Numbered from the stretch's first letter, positions 1 to 9,588 are shown. The stretch is 64,000 nucleotides of DNA from an uncultured bacterium (GCA_903851135.1 CAINNK010000045.1:28289-92288), one strand, 5' to 3'. The notes: a model not told the origin generated them from the letters alone. A program made the numbers and translations.

Positions 1-133
1 TGTAAGTCAACTATATCAAGAATATAAATGGCTGTCTATTTGAAAAAAGAAATGAGACTCAAAACATATGACTTTGGATTTAAGGGTTTTCCCGCAGCGT
101 GCTTGAAACCTCAAAATGTGCTAAAATGGGGTA

Positions 134-1321
134 ATGGAAGAGAAAAAGGACAAAAAACTAAAAGTGGCCTTGCTGCACGATTTTTTGCTTTATCCGGGCG
201 GAGCAGAGCGGGTTTTGAAGGTGCTTTCCGAGATGTTTCCGGAGGCGCCGATTTACACGTTGCTGCATGATCAGGAAAAAATGGGCGAGATGTTTGCCGG
301 CAAGGACATCCGGCCTTCATATTTACAAAAATTCCCAAAGTTTTTGAAAAAACATTATCAATGGTTGATTTTGTTTTTTCCAGTGGTGCCGGAAACTTTT
401 GATTTGCGTGAATATGATTTGGTGATTTCTTCTTCCGGTGCTTGGATGAAAGGCATTGTGACGAAAATGAGCACCACGCACATTGCGTATCTGCACAGTC
501 CAATGCGTTTTGTTTGGGACTACAACGAAAGATATTTTCAAGAAAAAGGCAAAAGTCCATCATTGCTGAAAAGATTCGTGCTGAATTATCTGCGCATCTG
601 GGATCGAATGGCGGCTGACCGCCCAGATTTTTTGCTGGCCAATTCGGTTTACACTCAAAAAAGAATTGAAAAATATTATCGCCGGGATTCGGTTGTGATA
701 TATCCACCAATAGGAGAGGAAAAAGTTCACAGTTCACAGTCAATAGTTCACAGTCAAGATGCAATAGATGAAACTAACAAACTAAAAGCTAATGAAGCCA
801 AAAGCTATAAGCTAGGTGGGTATTTCCTTGTTGTTTCCCGTCTTTCTCCTTACAAAAAAGTTGACGTGGTGGTGGAAGCTTTCAACAAATTAGGGTTACC
901 CTTGGTCGTTATTGGGCAAGGTGAGCAAGAAAAACATCTCAAGAAAATTGCCAAGGAAAATGTTCAAATTTTGGGTTGGAAAGATGATGCCACAACCGAG
1001 CAATATTACAAAAATGCCAAAGCTTTTATTTTTCCAGCTGAAGATGATTTTGGCATGACGGCGGTGGAGGCGATGAATTTTGGCGTGCCAGTGATTGCTT
1101 TTCGCAAAGGCGGCGTTTTGGAAACGGTCCAGGAGGGAATTACCGGTGAATTTTTCGATGCGCAAACCCCGGAAGTCTTGGCCGACGGCGTGCGCAGATT
1201 TTTGGACAATGAGAAAAATTATGATAAAGAAGTGATTGGGAAAAGAGGAGGGCAATTTTCAAGGGAAAGGTTTGTTGATGATATGAGAAAATTTATTGAT
1301 GGTGTTGTGGAGAAAAAATAA
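134..1321 (+). CDS. Glycosyltransferase family 4 (GT-B) protein
   Basis: N-terminal 'HDFL..PGGAERV' and C-terminal 'EDDFGMTAVEAMNFGVPVIA..GGVLETV' GT4 signature; carries a low-complexity in-frame insert at ~721-816. Confidence 0.92.
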   Translation: MEEKKDKKLKVALLHDFLLYPGGAERVLKVLSEMFPEAPIYTLLHDQEKMGEMFAGKDIRPSYLQKFPKFLKKHYQWLILFFPVVPETFDLREYDLVISSSGAWMKGIVTKMSTTHIAYLHSPMRFVWDYNERYFQEKGKSPSLLKRFVLNYLRIWDRMAADRPDFLLANSVYTQKRIEKYYRRDSVVIYPPIGEEKVHSSQSIVHSQDAIDETNKLKANEAKSYKLGGYFLVVSRLSPYKKVDVVVEAFNKLGLPLVVIGQGEQEKHLKKIAKENVQILGWKDDATTEQYYKNAKAFIFPAEDDFGMTAVEAMNFGVPVIAFRKGGVLETVQEGITGEFFDAQTPEVLADGVRRFLDNEKNYDKEVIGKRGGQFSRERFVDDMRKFIDGVVEKK

Positions 1322-1340
1322 ATTATTTGATAAAATTTAA

Positions 1341-1565
1341 GGGTTAACTTTTCTTTTAGAAGAAAAGTTACAAAAGTCATCCAGAGGATGATCACCCTTT
1401 GGGTGAAAATCTCCCGACACGTGCTTGTTGCTGGGGCAAAGACTTCAATCTTCGCTAAAATTCCCGCTGCACTTTTTCTGCTGAAAAAGCTCGCTGAAAA
1501 TTTCTTAACGCTCATCACTCGTCTTTTGCCTACGCACTGCGCAATGTGCGGAGAAAAAATGCAAA
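1341..1565 (+). repeat. Dispersed structured intergenic repeat, family A, copy 1
   Basis: Shares GGGTTAACTTTTCTTT..AAGAAAAGTTACAAAAG and CTTCGCTAAAATTCCCGCTGCACTTTTTCTGCTGAAAAAGCTCGCT with 25252-25453. Confidence 0.85.
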
Positions 1566-1627
1566 AATACAGAATTTCTTTTTCGTACATTTGTATATTT
1601 GTAATTCATTTGTAAATTTGTAGGTTT

Positions 1628-2530
1628 ATGGATTTTGTAGGTAACAAAAAAACAGTTTCATTTTTGCAGAAATCGCTTGAAAGAGGTGCACTTAATCATG
1701 CCTATATTTTTGCGGGACCGCAGGGGGTTGGGAAGACCACGTTGGCGAAAATGTTTGCGCAGGCGGCAATTGCCGGCAGGCAGCTTGATTTGGATGTTGC
1801 TTTTCAGGACAAAGAAGCACTGCTGGATTTGATTTTGATCGAGCCGGAAACGGTTGAGAAAAAAGGCGTGATCAAAACGCGGGACATTTCCATTGAAGCT
1901 GTCAGGGATGCTCAGCAAAAATTGAGTTTGTTTCCATATCATGGAAAATACAAAGTGCTGATTGTCAGAGATGCTCATCGATTGAACAACTCAGCGCAAA
2001 ATGCGCTGCTCAAATTGTTGGAAGAACCAAATCAGACTTCGATGTTGATTTTGGTCACCAGTGAATTGGACAAAATTTTGCCGACGGTGCAATCACGCTG
2101 CGAAAAAATAAGTTTTTCTTTGGTTACTCAAATTGAACTTTCTCTGGCTTTCAGCGGCGAGAAAAATTTTGCAACTGACATTCCCATCCTTGCGATGGGC
2201 AGGCCGGCTATTGCCAAGCTTATGTTGGAAAATGAAGAACAGTTGGAATTGCGCAGGCAGCAATGGCAACAATTGGAAAAACTCCGAAAAGGATCGCTTA
2301 ATGAAAAAATGCTCTTGGCGGAGGAATTTTCCAAAGATGTTCGTAAGGCACTAGACACTTTCAATGCTTGGATTTGGCTGTTGCGAACGGATGCGCTTTC
2401 AAATAGTGATGATGGTGTTCGAAACAAAACTTATGCAACAATCGAGAAAATTCAGCAAAGTATGACACTGCTAAAGAGCACTAATGCTAATAGTCGATTA
2501 CTGTTGGAAGTCTTGTTTATGGATATCTAA
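1628..2530 (+). CDS. holB: DNA polymerase III subunit delta'
   Basis: HAYIFAGPQGVGKT Walker A, 'AQNALLKLLEEP' and 'LPTVQSRC' clamp-loader motifs. Confidence 0.9.
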   Translation: MDFVGNKKTVSFLQKSLERGALNHAYIFAGPQGVGKTTLAKMFAQAAIAGRQLDLDVAFQDKEALLDLILIEPETVEKKGVIKTRDISIEAVRDAQQKLSLFPYHGKYKVLIVRDAHRLNNSAQNALLKLLEEPNQTSMLILVTSELDKILPTVQSRCEKISFSLVTQIELSLAFSGEKNFATDIPILAMGRPAIAKLMLENEEQLELRRQQWQQLEKLRKGSLNEKMLLAEEFSKDVRKALDTFNAWIWLLRTDALSNSDDGVRNKTYATIEKIQQSMTLLKSTNANSRLLLEVLFMDI

Positions 2531-2607
2531 ATTTTCTACGAATTACGAACAAGTACGAATGTACGAAGAACCCACAAATCTACAAATCAATTACAAATCT
2601 ACAAATG
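2530..2607 (+). repeat. TACGAA/TACAAAT short-unit repeat element, family B, copy without insertion
   Basis: Aligns with the reverse complement of 19675-19774; starts right at the holB stop codon. Confidence 0.8.
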
Positions 2608-2682
2608 TTAAATCAATGCTTTTTTTAGAGGTTAATATTTGTATATTTGTAGGTGGCATGAGAAATAAAACAAAAAAAATAT

Positions 2683-3597
2683 ATGTTAGCACGTAAAAAA
2701 ACATACATTCAAAATTGCACCGGCCCTCACCTTAGAAGAGGAGAAAGGGAAGCAAAAAGAAAAGTGAAAAGCGGGATTATTTCCAAAATCGTGTTTGGTT
2801 TTTTGTTGTTAGCTTTTATCGGCGTGACGGTTTATGTTTTGTTTTTTTCAACTTATTTGAAAATTTCCCAAATTAATATTAGTGGCAACGTAGAACTTAA
2901 CGCGGACGAAATCAAAAATGTCGTTGAAAGCAAGCAGCAAGGAAAATTATTCAAAACAATTCCTAAGGATAATTTTTTGTTGATTAGCGCAAAAGACATA
3001 GAAAATTCACTCGCTGGTCAGTTCAAGAAGATAAAGCAAGTCTCGGTAATGAAAAAATTTCCAGATACTATAAACGTGAGCTTGCAAGAAAGAACAGCTT
3101 TGTTAATTCTTTGTGAGGGAGAAAAATGTTTTTTGATTGATGAAGTTGGTAATGCATATAATGAAGCTGATTTTAGTTCTCCGGAACTTACGCAGAATCA
3201 TCTGATAAAAATTGTCGATAAAGGTTTAAGTCGCGTCAAAGTAGGGGATAATATTTTGGATCAACCCTATGTGCAATATGTATCTTCCTTAAAAGAGCAA
3301 CTTCAAAGTTTGGGACTATCAATTGAAGGTGAATATTGGACGCCAGCTTTGGCAGCTGATGAAATTAATGTAAAAGTGACAGGGGGCGAAGAGCTTTATT
3401 TTTCAACTTTATTTCCACTTAAAAGTGCAATTGAAACCTTGAATATTGTTTTGAAAAAGGAATTGTCAGGAAATCAACCGTCAGAAATTACCTACATTGA
3501 CCTGCGAACAGAGAATAAGGTTTTTTATAAGCTCAATGCTGCAGCTCCGCCAGTTGAAAATGTTGATAATCAAAACACAGATAAAAACAAGAAATAA
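2683..3597 (+). CDS. FtsQ/DivIB-type POTRA domain cell division protein
   Basis: Single TM, then 'LKISQINISGN', 'KKFPDTINVSLQER' and C-terminal 'YIDLR'. Confidence 0.8.
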   Translation: MLARKKTYIQNCTGPHLRRGEREAKRKVKSGIISKIVFGFLLLAFIGVTVYVLFFSTYLKISQINISGNVELNADEIKNVVESKQQGKLFKTIPKDNFLLISAKDIENSLAGQFKKIKQVSVMKKFPDTINVSLQERTALLILCEGEKCFLIDEVGNAYNEADFSSPELTQNHLIKIVDKGLSRVKVGDNILDQPYVQYVSSLKEQLQSLGLSIEGEYWTPALAADEINVKVTGGEELYFSTLFPLKSAIETLNIVLKKELSGNQPSEITYIDLRTENKVFYKLNAAAPPVENVDNQNTDKNKK

Positions 3598-3662
3598 AAA
3601 TTATCATGTTTGATATGTTTGAAATTTTTTCGCTCACTAGGGATTACAAAAATAGCAAAATA

Positions 3663-3693
3663 AAAAACCCTGCTTAATGTGAGCAGGGTTTTT
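3663..3693. terminator. Bidirectional intrinsic terminator
   Basis: AAAAACCCTGCT..AGCAGGGTTTTT between convergent genes. Confidence 0.8.
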
Positions 3694-3707
3694 ATGAAGA
3701 AAGTTTT

Positions 3708-5609
3708 TTACTGCGCTATTGGACTAGTAATATGATAAATTAGGATTGATTTGCCAATTTGATCAACTGGTTTGTAATTTCTGGTCCAACTGTAAGTTTC
3801 ACTGGAGTCTCGTTTAGTGTCATAAATGCTGCCCATGAGATAATTTTCTGAAATAGCATACCAACCAGTTTCAATTGGGCGCTTGCTGTCAGACCAAGCG
3901 ACGTATTTGTTGCCTAAGACTAATTGCGGCACGCCACCCCCGAAATAGTCAACATGAATTTTTTCTATCACGCCGAAATCTCGATGCAAAATGCATTTTT
4001 TGATTGCGCTTTTTGAGCTTGTTAAGGTTGGGATGTCTCCAAATTGTGGACAATTATTGACGTCATCAATCCAAATTTTTAAGCGATTCAAATCTTGTCC
4101 CCAGTCAGTGTTGGAATCAGTCACGTATTGATAACCATTTTTTGAGCCCCCAATTGATTCATTGAAATAGGAGGTGTAGCTTGGATAGGCAAAAACGGCT
4201 GCACTGATTTGCCAAAAAATCAAAATAGCGACAATTATAGCCAAGCTGTGTCCGGATTTTATTTTTTTATCATGGATAAATTCAAAAACCTTTTTACTAA
4301 TCAAAAGATAAGCAAATGGCAAAATTGGAAACAAATGCCTGAAGCCGATGTTAAGTCCACCCTGAATACTGATGTATGCATAAAGGAAAATGAAGCCAAA
4401 CAAGGAATATTCCACGACAGAACTTCGTAGGAAATTGGTAATCTTCTTTTTCTTGGCAGAAAAGGCGGAAGCGATTATTTGTTTGAAGGTATAGCCAAGT
4501 GCAAAGACAGCTAGGAATAAAAACGGAATTGTTTCTTTGATCAGAAATACAATTGGAAAATAATTAAGAAAGCCATTACCAACCTTGCCCATGAAATAAG
4601 CACCATTGCCACCCACGACGCGTTTGACTGTCCAAGCTGGTCCAAAAGCGTAAGTTGCCCAAGGTCGGGTTAGGGCTGACTGGTTTAGACTGTGTAGCAA
4701 ATGATTAGTGACGGTGGCTTTTGCATTGCTGTCGTCGACTGCAAAGAAAAAATCAATGGTTTTGTCGAAAGTTTCTTTCGGCATAGCGTAGTTATTGACC
4801 TTATACACAATCCAAATCACCACAGCTGCTACCAGAAAAGCTGCAACGCCTTTTAATAAATATTGTCCCAGATTTTTGAAACGCGACTTCCAATCATTTT
4901 TTCCATCGCGATTGTTTTTAGCCAAACTATAGATGATTAAACTTAAGCCAAAAATTGGCAGCGCCAGGATGGAAGAAAATTTGCTGACTAGCAATAGCCC
5001 CAGGAAAAATCCACCCAAACCAACATTTTTCCAAGAAGGCGTTTTGATGAATTTCAAGAAATAATAAAAAGAAAAAGTTAGGAAAGCGGCTACGCCTAAA
5101 TCGGTGGTCACAAAATGATTGTGTCCCAAAATGTTTGGATCAAAAGCATACAAAATTAAAGCAAAAAGTCCGGCTGAAGTGCCCGCTAGTTCTTTGCCCC
5201 ATTTGAAAAGAAAGAGGCCAAGCAAAACTGAAAGCAAGATGATTGGTAGGCGTGACCAGAAAATTATCTGATCGGCATTGTTGCCAGCTTCATAAAGCAA
5301 ATGTTTGCCAGCAGCCCATTGACCTTCATCCCAAACACCGGGCAAGTCACCAGTCCAAAAAGGTTGCGTGGTGTCAAAGTTTAAATGGAGAAAAAGCAGG
5401 GGAAAGGCAGCCAAATCTTTAATAAGGGGTGGGTGTTCAGGGTTCAAGCGGGTGTCATGTTGGGAGAGATAACTGTAGCCGGCGGGAATGTGGGCAACTT
5501 CGTCAAAAATAGCACTGTCATTTTTGGCATTGAGCATTGAAACGATGATGAAAAATGCCATAATGCCCATAATAACAAACTCGTAGTTTTTGTTGATAAA
5601 TTTTTCCAT
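3708..5609 (-). CDS. GT-C membrane glycosyltransferase (ArnT/PMT, GT39-like)
   Basis: 'FDEVAHIPAGYSY', 'NPEHPPL', 'DSNTDWGQDL' and many TM helices. Confidence 0.85.
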   Translation of the reverse strand: MEKFINKNYEFVIMGIMAFFIIVSMLNAKNDSAIFDEVAHIPAGYSYLSQHDTRLNPEHPPLIKDLAAFPLLFLHLNFDTTQPFWTGDLPGVWDEGQWAAGKHLLYEAGNNADQIIFWSRLPIILLSVLLGLFLFKWGKELAGTSAGLFALILYAFDPNILGHNHFVTTDLGVAAFLTFSFYYFLKFIKTPSWKNVGLGGFFLGLLLVSKFSSILALPIFGLSLIIYSLAKNNRDGKNDWKSRFKNLGQYLLKGVAAFLVAAVVIWIVYKVNNYAMPKETFDKTIDFFFAVDDSNAKATVTNHLLHSLNQSALTRPWATYAFGPAWTVKRVVGGNGAYFMGKVGNGFLNYFPIVFLIKETIPFLFLAVFALGYTFKQIIASAFSAKKKKITNFLRSSVVEYSLFGFIFLYAYISIQGGLNIGFRHLFPILPFAYLLISKKVFEFIHDKKIKSGHSLAIIVAILIFWQISAAVFAYPSYTSYFNESIGGSKNGYQYVTDSNTDWGQDLNRLKIWIDDVNNCPQFGDIPTLTSSKSAIKKCILHRDFGVIEKIHVDYFGGGVPQLVLGNKYVAWSDSKRPIETGWYAISENYLMGSIYDTKRDSSETYSWTRNYKPVDQIGKSILIYHITSPIAQ

Positions 5610-5761
5610 TTACCCTGTTAAATAAGATTTGGTTCTTCTTGAAAAAGAGAAACAGCTTATTTGAAATAATTTTTATTTTTTTATTGCTTATGTCTTTAGT
5701 ATAAACCCAAACCTTAACTTTAAAAAATTATTACTTTTTTTAAAGTTATTTAATAGGGTAA
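5610..5761 (-). mobile_element. 152-bp MITE-like element with terminal inverted repeats, family C, copy 1
   Basis: TTACCCTGTTAAATAA...TTATTTAATAGGGTAA termini; homologous over its length to 14301-14447; abuts the ATG at 5609. Confidence 0.8.
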
Positions 5762-5881
5762 GGTCTTTGTTTGTGAATTATTTTTATTTTATATTTATTA
5801 CAATTTGTTTTTTGTTTGCGTGCATCTTTCTTTTTTTATCTTAGTGAAAAAAGAAAAAAGCCTGTTTACCTTGGTTTGTTT

Positions 5882-7480
5882 TTAATACGCTAATGTGTAA
5901 AAAGTATCTCCAAATCTGTTAGTGTGCTGCTGGAAATTTATGTTTGGAAAACGATTGCGAGTTGCATTGATCGTTTCCCAATCCGCGTTAGTAAAGATAA
6001 TCACGGCCTTAGAATCAGGTCCAAAATTTATCGATTCTACTTGATCTGGATAAAAATAAGTAGTGTTTGGCAAGTTTTGATTTAGGAAGCCGATAGTTAG
6101 TCGTTGCATGCTGCCGGTGACGATGTTTTTCTGCGTTGCGCCGGGAAGCGTGCGGATATAGTTGGAAACTTCTTTGAGATTTCCTTCGAAGGCTCCGTGT
6201 TGGGCCGGACTGTTGGCAAAGAAAACAAAATATTTCACAGTGTCAAAAATTGCAATGAAGGTGAAAGCGGCAATAAGACCAGAAAGGACAAAAATTTTAA
6301 AGGAATGTCCGAAGGAATTTATTTTTTTGAAGATCCATAAAAACGGGAGCACGGCAATAATCATCACAACTGGCAAAGTCCCGATTGAGCGCAAGGCGTG
6401 GGGGTTTCCTTCATAAGCCAAAAACTCTGGAATCAGCAGCGCGAAAAACCAAATGAGCAAAAAAACATAAACATCTAGTTTTTGGTCGCGAACTTTGTTT
6501 TTAAAACGGATGTAAAGCAAGTGAAAAAACTTGCTGAAAATATAAATCAGTCCAATCAGAAAAGCTAAGCCAGTGATTGGATTGAGAATTGGATAGGGTG
6601 GATAATTTTGACGCATATTTTGATCGCCCCAAAAATTGTATTTGGCCAAAGATAGTCCAAAAGTTTTGGCCACAATTGGCAAAATGTGTCCTTGGTTGAC
6701 AGTTGGATTTAGGATGGAAATTTCACTGGTACGGGATGCGTAGTGCTGCGGGTTCCAATAGAAAAAATCCAGCAGCATCGGCGCCGAGGAAACAAACATG
6801 GCTACTGCAAAAATCAAAACATGCTGCCAATAATTTTTCAAAAACTTTTCTCTAGTAATTAAAAGGGAGATGAAGAGCACAATCAAAACCAAAGGCGAAA
6901 CCCGAAAGGCGATATAGGTATGCAATCCTAAGCCATAAATGAAACCGGCAAGAAGGAAGTCGTGCAGTTTTTTGGTGCGCAGACCGCGGAAAAGAAAATA
7001 AAAAGCGAAAGTCAAAATGAAAGGCAACATAATGGCGCGAAAACCGATACGGGAAAAATTAATCGCCCAATAAGAAAAAGTTGTCAGGTATGCTCCAATC
7101 AAACCTGCTAAATAGCTGCCGAAAAGTTCGCTGGAAAGCAAGAACACTCCCAGCACAGTCAAGGTTCCAAAGATGATGGATGGTAACTTAAGACCCAGGG
7201 TGGTGCTGCCAAGCATTTTGATTGACATAGCCTGAATGTTGATGAAAAGTCCTTCGCGACCGTTGTTGCTTTCATAAAAAAGTTTGTATTGACCGCTGGC
7301 GTTGGCATTTTGCGCATCGATTCCATTTTGCGCTTCATCCGGGAAGATGCTATAGGGGATGTTTTCAATGTTGGCAAATCTGAGCGTGAAAGCTGCCAAG
7401 AGAATTGCAAACAATAATCCGGCAACTAGGGTTCTGTCTTGATACCAAGGAGTTACTGCGCCTTTTTCTTCTTTTTTCAT
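5882..7480 (-). CDS. GT-C membrane glycosyltransferase (ArnT/PMT-like)
   Basis: 'IFPDEAQNGIDA', 'NNGREGLF', 'SRIGFR' and multi-pass TM topology. Confidence 0.85.
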   Translation of the reverse strand: MKKEEKGAVTPWYQDRTLVAGLLFAILLAAFTLRFANIENIPYSIFPDEAQNGIDAQNANASGQYKLFYESNNGREGLFINIQAMSIKMLGSTTLGLKLPSIIFGTLTVLGVFLLSSELFGSYLAGLIGAYLTTFSYWAINFSRIGFRAIMLPFILTFAFYFLFRGLRTKKLHDFLLAGFIYGLGLHTYIAFRVSPLVLIVLFISLLITREKFLKNYWQHVLIFAVAMFVSSAPMLLDFFYWNPQHYASRTSEISILNPTVNQGHILPIVAKTFGLSLAKYNFWGDQNMRQNYPPYPILNPITGLAFLIGLIYIFSKFFHLLYIRFKNKVRDQKLDVYVFLLIWFFALLIPEFLAYEGNPHALRSIGTLPVVMIIAVLPFLWIFKKINSFGHSFKIFVLSGLIAAFTFIAIFDTVKYFVFFANSPAQHGAFEGNLKEVSNYIRTLPGATQKNIVTGSMQRLTIGFLNQNLPNTTYFYPDQVESINFGPDSKAVIIFTNADWETINATRNRFPNINFQQHTNRFGDTFYTLAY

Positions 7481-7703
7481 TTTTATTTTTATTAAGATTA
7501 AGTTTTTTTAGATATTTTTAATATAGCATTTTTAAGAGTAGTTGGCTATATTATTTTACTTATCTTTATTGTTATACCCACAAATCTACAAAAACGAATA
7601 TTAGAATCTAGATTCTTGATTTTAGATCTTAGAATTTCGTATTTTTGTGTTTCTTGTCTGTAAATTGCGTGGGGGTACTAAGAATTAAAAAATTAATAGC
7701 ATT

Positions 7704-7797
7704 ATCATTCCCGTAAAAATGGGAATCTGGTCCTACTTAATATCATTATTTATATTTTTTAACACGTAACCTGGATTCCCGCCTACGCGGGAATGAC
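7704..7797. repeat. Inverted pair of ATTCCC-N8-GGGAAT (dRS3/REP-like) palindromes
   Basis: ATTCCCgtaaaaatGGGAAT at 7707-7726 and ATTCCCgcctacgcGGGAAT at 7775-7794, with complementary flanks. Confidence 0.8.
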
Positions 7798-7948
7798 ATA
7801 AAGGATATGGATAGTCTATTTTTGAATTATAAAATTAATTGTGGGCATACAATGACGGGGCAGCAGCTTCTTTTGATGGTAAAAAGCCTTAAATAAGCCG
7901 CATTCTAGCAATATAACAATATAACAATGTAGCAATTCTTTCCAAGAT

Positions 7949-7977
7949 TGACATTAGCCTATTTTTGTGCTACAATA
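7949..7977 (+). promoter_or_regulatory. Sigma70-type promoter for the 8084-9577 operon
   Basis: TTGACA-17 bp-TACAAT with extended TG. Confidence 0.7.
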
Positions 7978-8083
7978 GGATGTTACAGGATAGTCCTGTA
8001 ATGAGGTCAAATGAGATGACCCCGTGCAGGTACTTTGACAATTTTTTTATAACAACAAGCAATTCAAATGTGAGGAGGATATT

Positions 8084-8782
8084 ATGATTGGTCGTGCTAT
8101 AGGGGAAGTGCTCGGAGGTCTTAGTGGAGGAGCGGTGGTTGCTCTTTTGGGAAAGGCCTGGGGCTGGGCAGAGGGAATTTTCAAAACTTTAAATCTTGGG
8201 GATGATTTAAAGAGTAAAGTAACAGAGCATCTTTTTAACCCGAAAGGCTTTAAGGATGAGTTTTACTTTGCAAAATCTATTCAAGAAATTAGTGCGACAG
8301 TTCCGCAAAAGCAAATGTTTGCGGAGGTCATGGAAAAACTTGAGCAAGAGGACAAGTTAAATAAAACAAGGTATGCGAGCAATTTTCGCATAATTGTGAC
8401 CCTCAAAGACGAGGAACCTGTTCCTGTTGGCGGTGTTCGTCCAAGCGTGACTATTTTGCGGGACATTATGGTGAACTGCAAAAATCATGCAGAAATCCTG
8501 GCATGCATAGTTGCTGTTGGTTCTATGCAGGATACAAAAAAAATTATTGAGAAAGTTTTGACTTATGGTAAGGATGTTACCTGGCCAGCGGTTGAAAAAT
8601 TTCTCAAGGATGGCAAGGGGGCGATTACTGAAAATGCAAATGCTTTGGGGGATTATTTGATTGAGGATACTCGAATTTTTACAGAGGAACCCTCAGTTTG
8701 CCCTAATGCAAAAATATCAGAAAAGGTGGCCTCATCTGCCACCTCATGGCTTAAAAAATTCAGAAATTATACCGGAGTTTAA
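8084..8782 (+). CDS. Hypothetical protein with Gly-rich hydrophobic N-terminus
   Basis: 232-aa ORF with strong SD (GAGGAGG) and upstream promoter. Confidence 0.75.
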   Translation: MIGRAIGEVLGGLSGGAVVALLGKAWGWAEGIFKTLNLGDDLKSKVTEHLFNPKGFKDEFYFAKSIQEISATVPQKQMFAEVMEKLEQEDKLNKTRYASNFRIIVTLKDEEPVPVGGVRPSVTILRDIMVNCKNHAEILACIVAVGSMQDTKKIIEKVLTYGKDVTWPAVEKFLKDGKGAITENANALGDYLIEDTRIFTEEPSVCPNAKISEKVASSATSWLKKFRNYTGV

Positions 8783-8785
8783 AAA

Positions 8786-9577
8786 ATGGAAAAAATTGTT
8801 AATATTGGAAAGGGACAGTTTAAAGCTTGGTCCTTTGCTACAAAAAATGTTGTCTTCGCCACGATTATCGTGGCTGTTCTTATCCTTATTTTCAAACCAT
8901 CGATGGCAATTTGCGCCTGGATTTTGTTTCCAGCTTGGTTGCTTTCGGCAATGATGTTCTTTTCGCCGAAGCAAGTCTTTAAAGTTCATGTTTTCGGTGA
9001 AACGCTGGAAGGGTTGACCAGTCTTGGTCAAGGACTGGCCAAAAAAATCAACAAAGATGAACCTGATGGCGGCGAGCCGGCAACGAAAAAAAAGCCCACT
9101 GGCCCATTCAGTAATGCTACGACCGACGGATTTCTTTCACTGGTCAAGAATGTTTTCCTCTTTCAAACAGTGCTGTTCTTAGCACTTCCTCTGTACGTTA
9201 ATTATACAGAAGGCGGTTTGACACTGGGAATTTTTGTTCTTATGGTGGTTGTTGTTGTGGCCCTTGCTATGTGGAGGGTATTTGAATTTTTGTCGAAGAT
9301 TGGTATTGTTTTGTTGGTGCTACTTTATTCAGTCGGTATTTCTTCCGTGCTTTTCCCGCAAATTGGATTTTATTCTGGCAAGCTTTTTGGCGATACACAT
9401 CCAGTAGATCGTCGGGTTGCGAAAACAGAAAATGAAATTAAGGCGGTTAGTGAAGAAAACAAAACAGTCAGGCAGTTGGCTGCAAGAAATGCTGTCCTTG
9501 AAGAGTTAAAGACTAAAAAAATAACTCTTGAAGAACTTAAAAAACAATTAGAGGAGCAAGTAAAGTCGGGAAAATAA
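8786..9577 (+). CDS. Hypothetical multi-pass membrane protein
   Basis: 263-aa ORF, ~5 TM segments and a C-terminal coiled coil; starts 3 bp after the previous stop. Confidence 0.75.
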   Translation: MEKIVNIGKGQFKAWSFATKNVVFATIIVAVLILIFKPSMAICAWILFPAWLLSAMMFFSPKQVFKVHVFGETLEGLTSLGQGLAKKINKDEPDGGEPATKKKPTGPFSNATTDGFLSLVKNVFLFQTVLFLALPLYVNYTEGGLTLGIFVLMVVVVVALAMWRVFEFLSKIGIVLLVLLYSVGISSVLFPQIGFYSGKLFGDTHPVDRRVAKTENEIKAVSEENKTVRQLAARNAVLEELKTKKITLEELKKQLEEQVKSGK

Positions 9578-9588
9578 TCCCGCAAAAA

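Noticed and set aside
1219-1615. ORFs 1219-1590 and 1388-1615
   Set aside because: They run across repeat family A; no protein motif and no good start context
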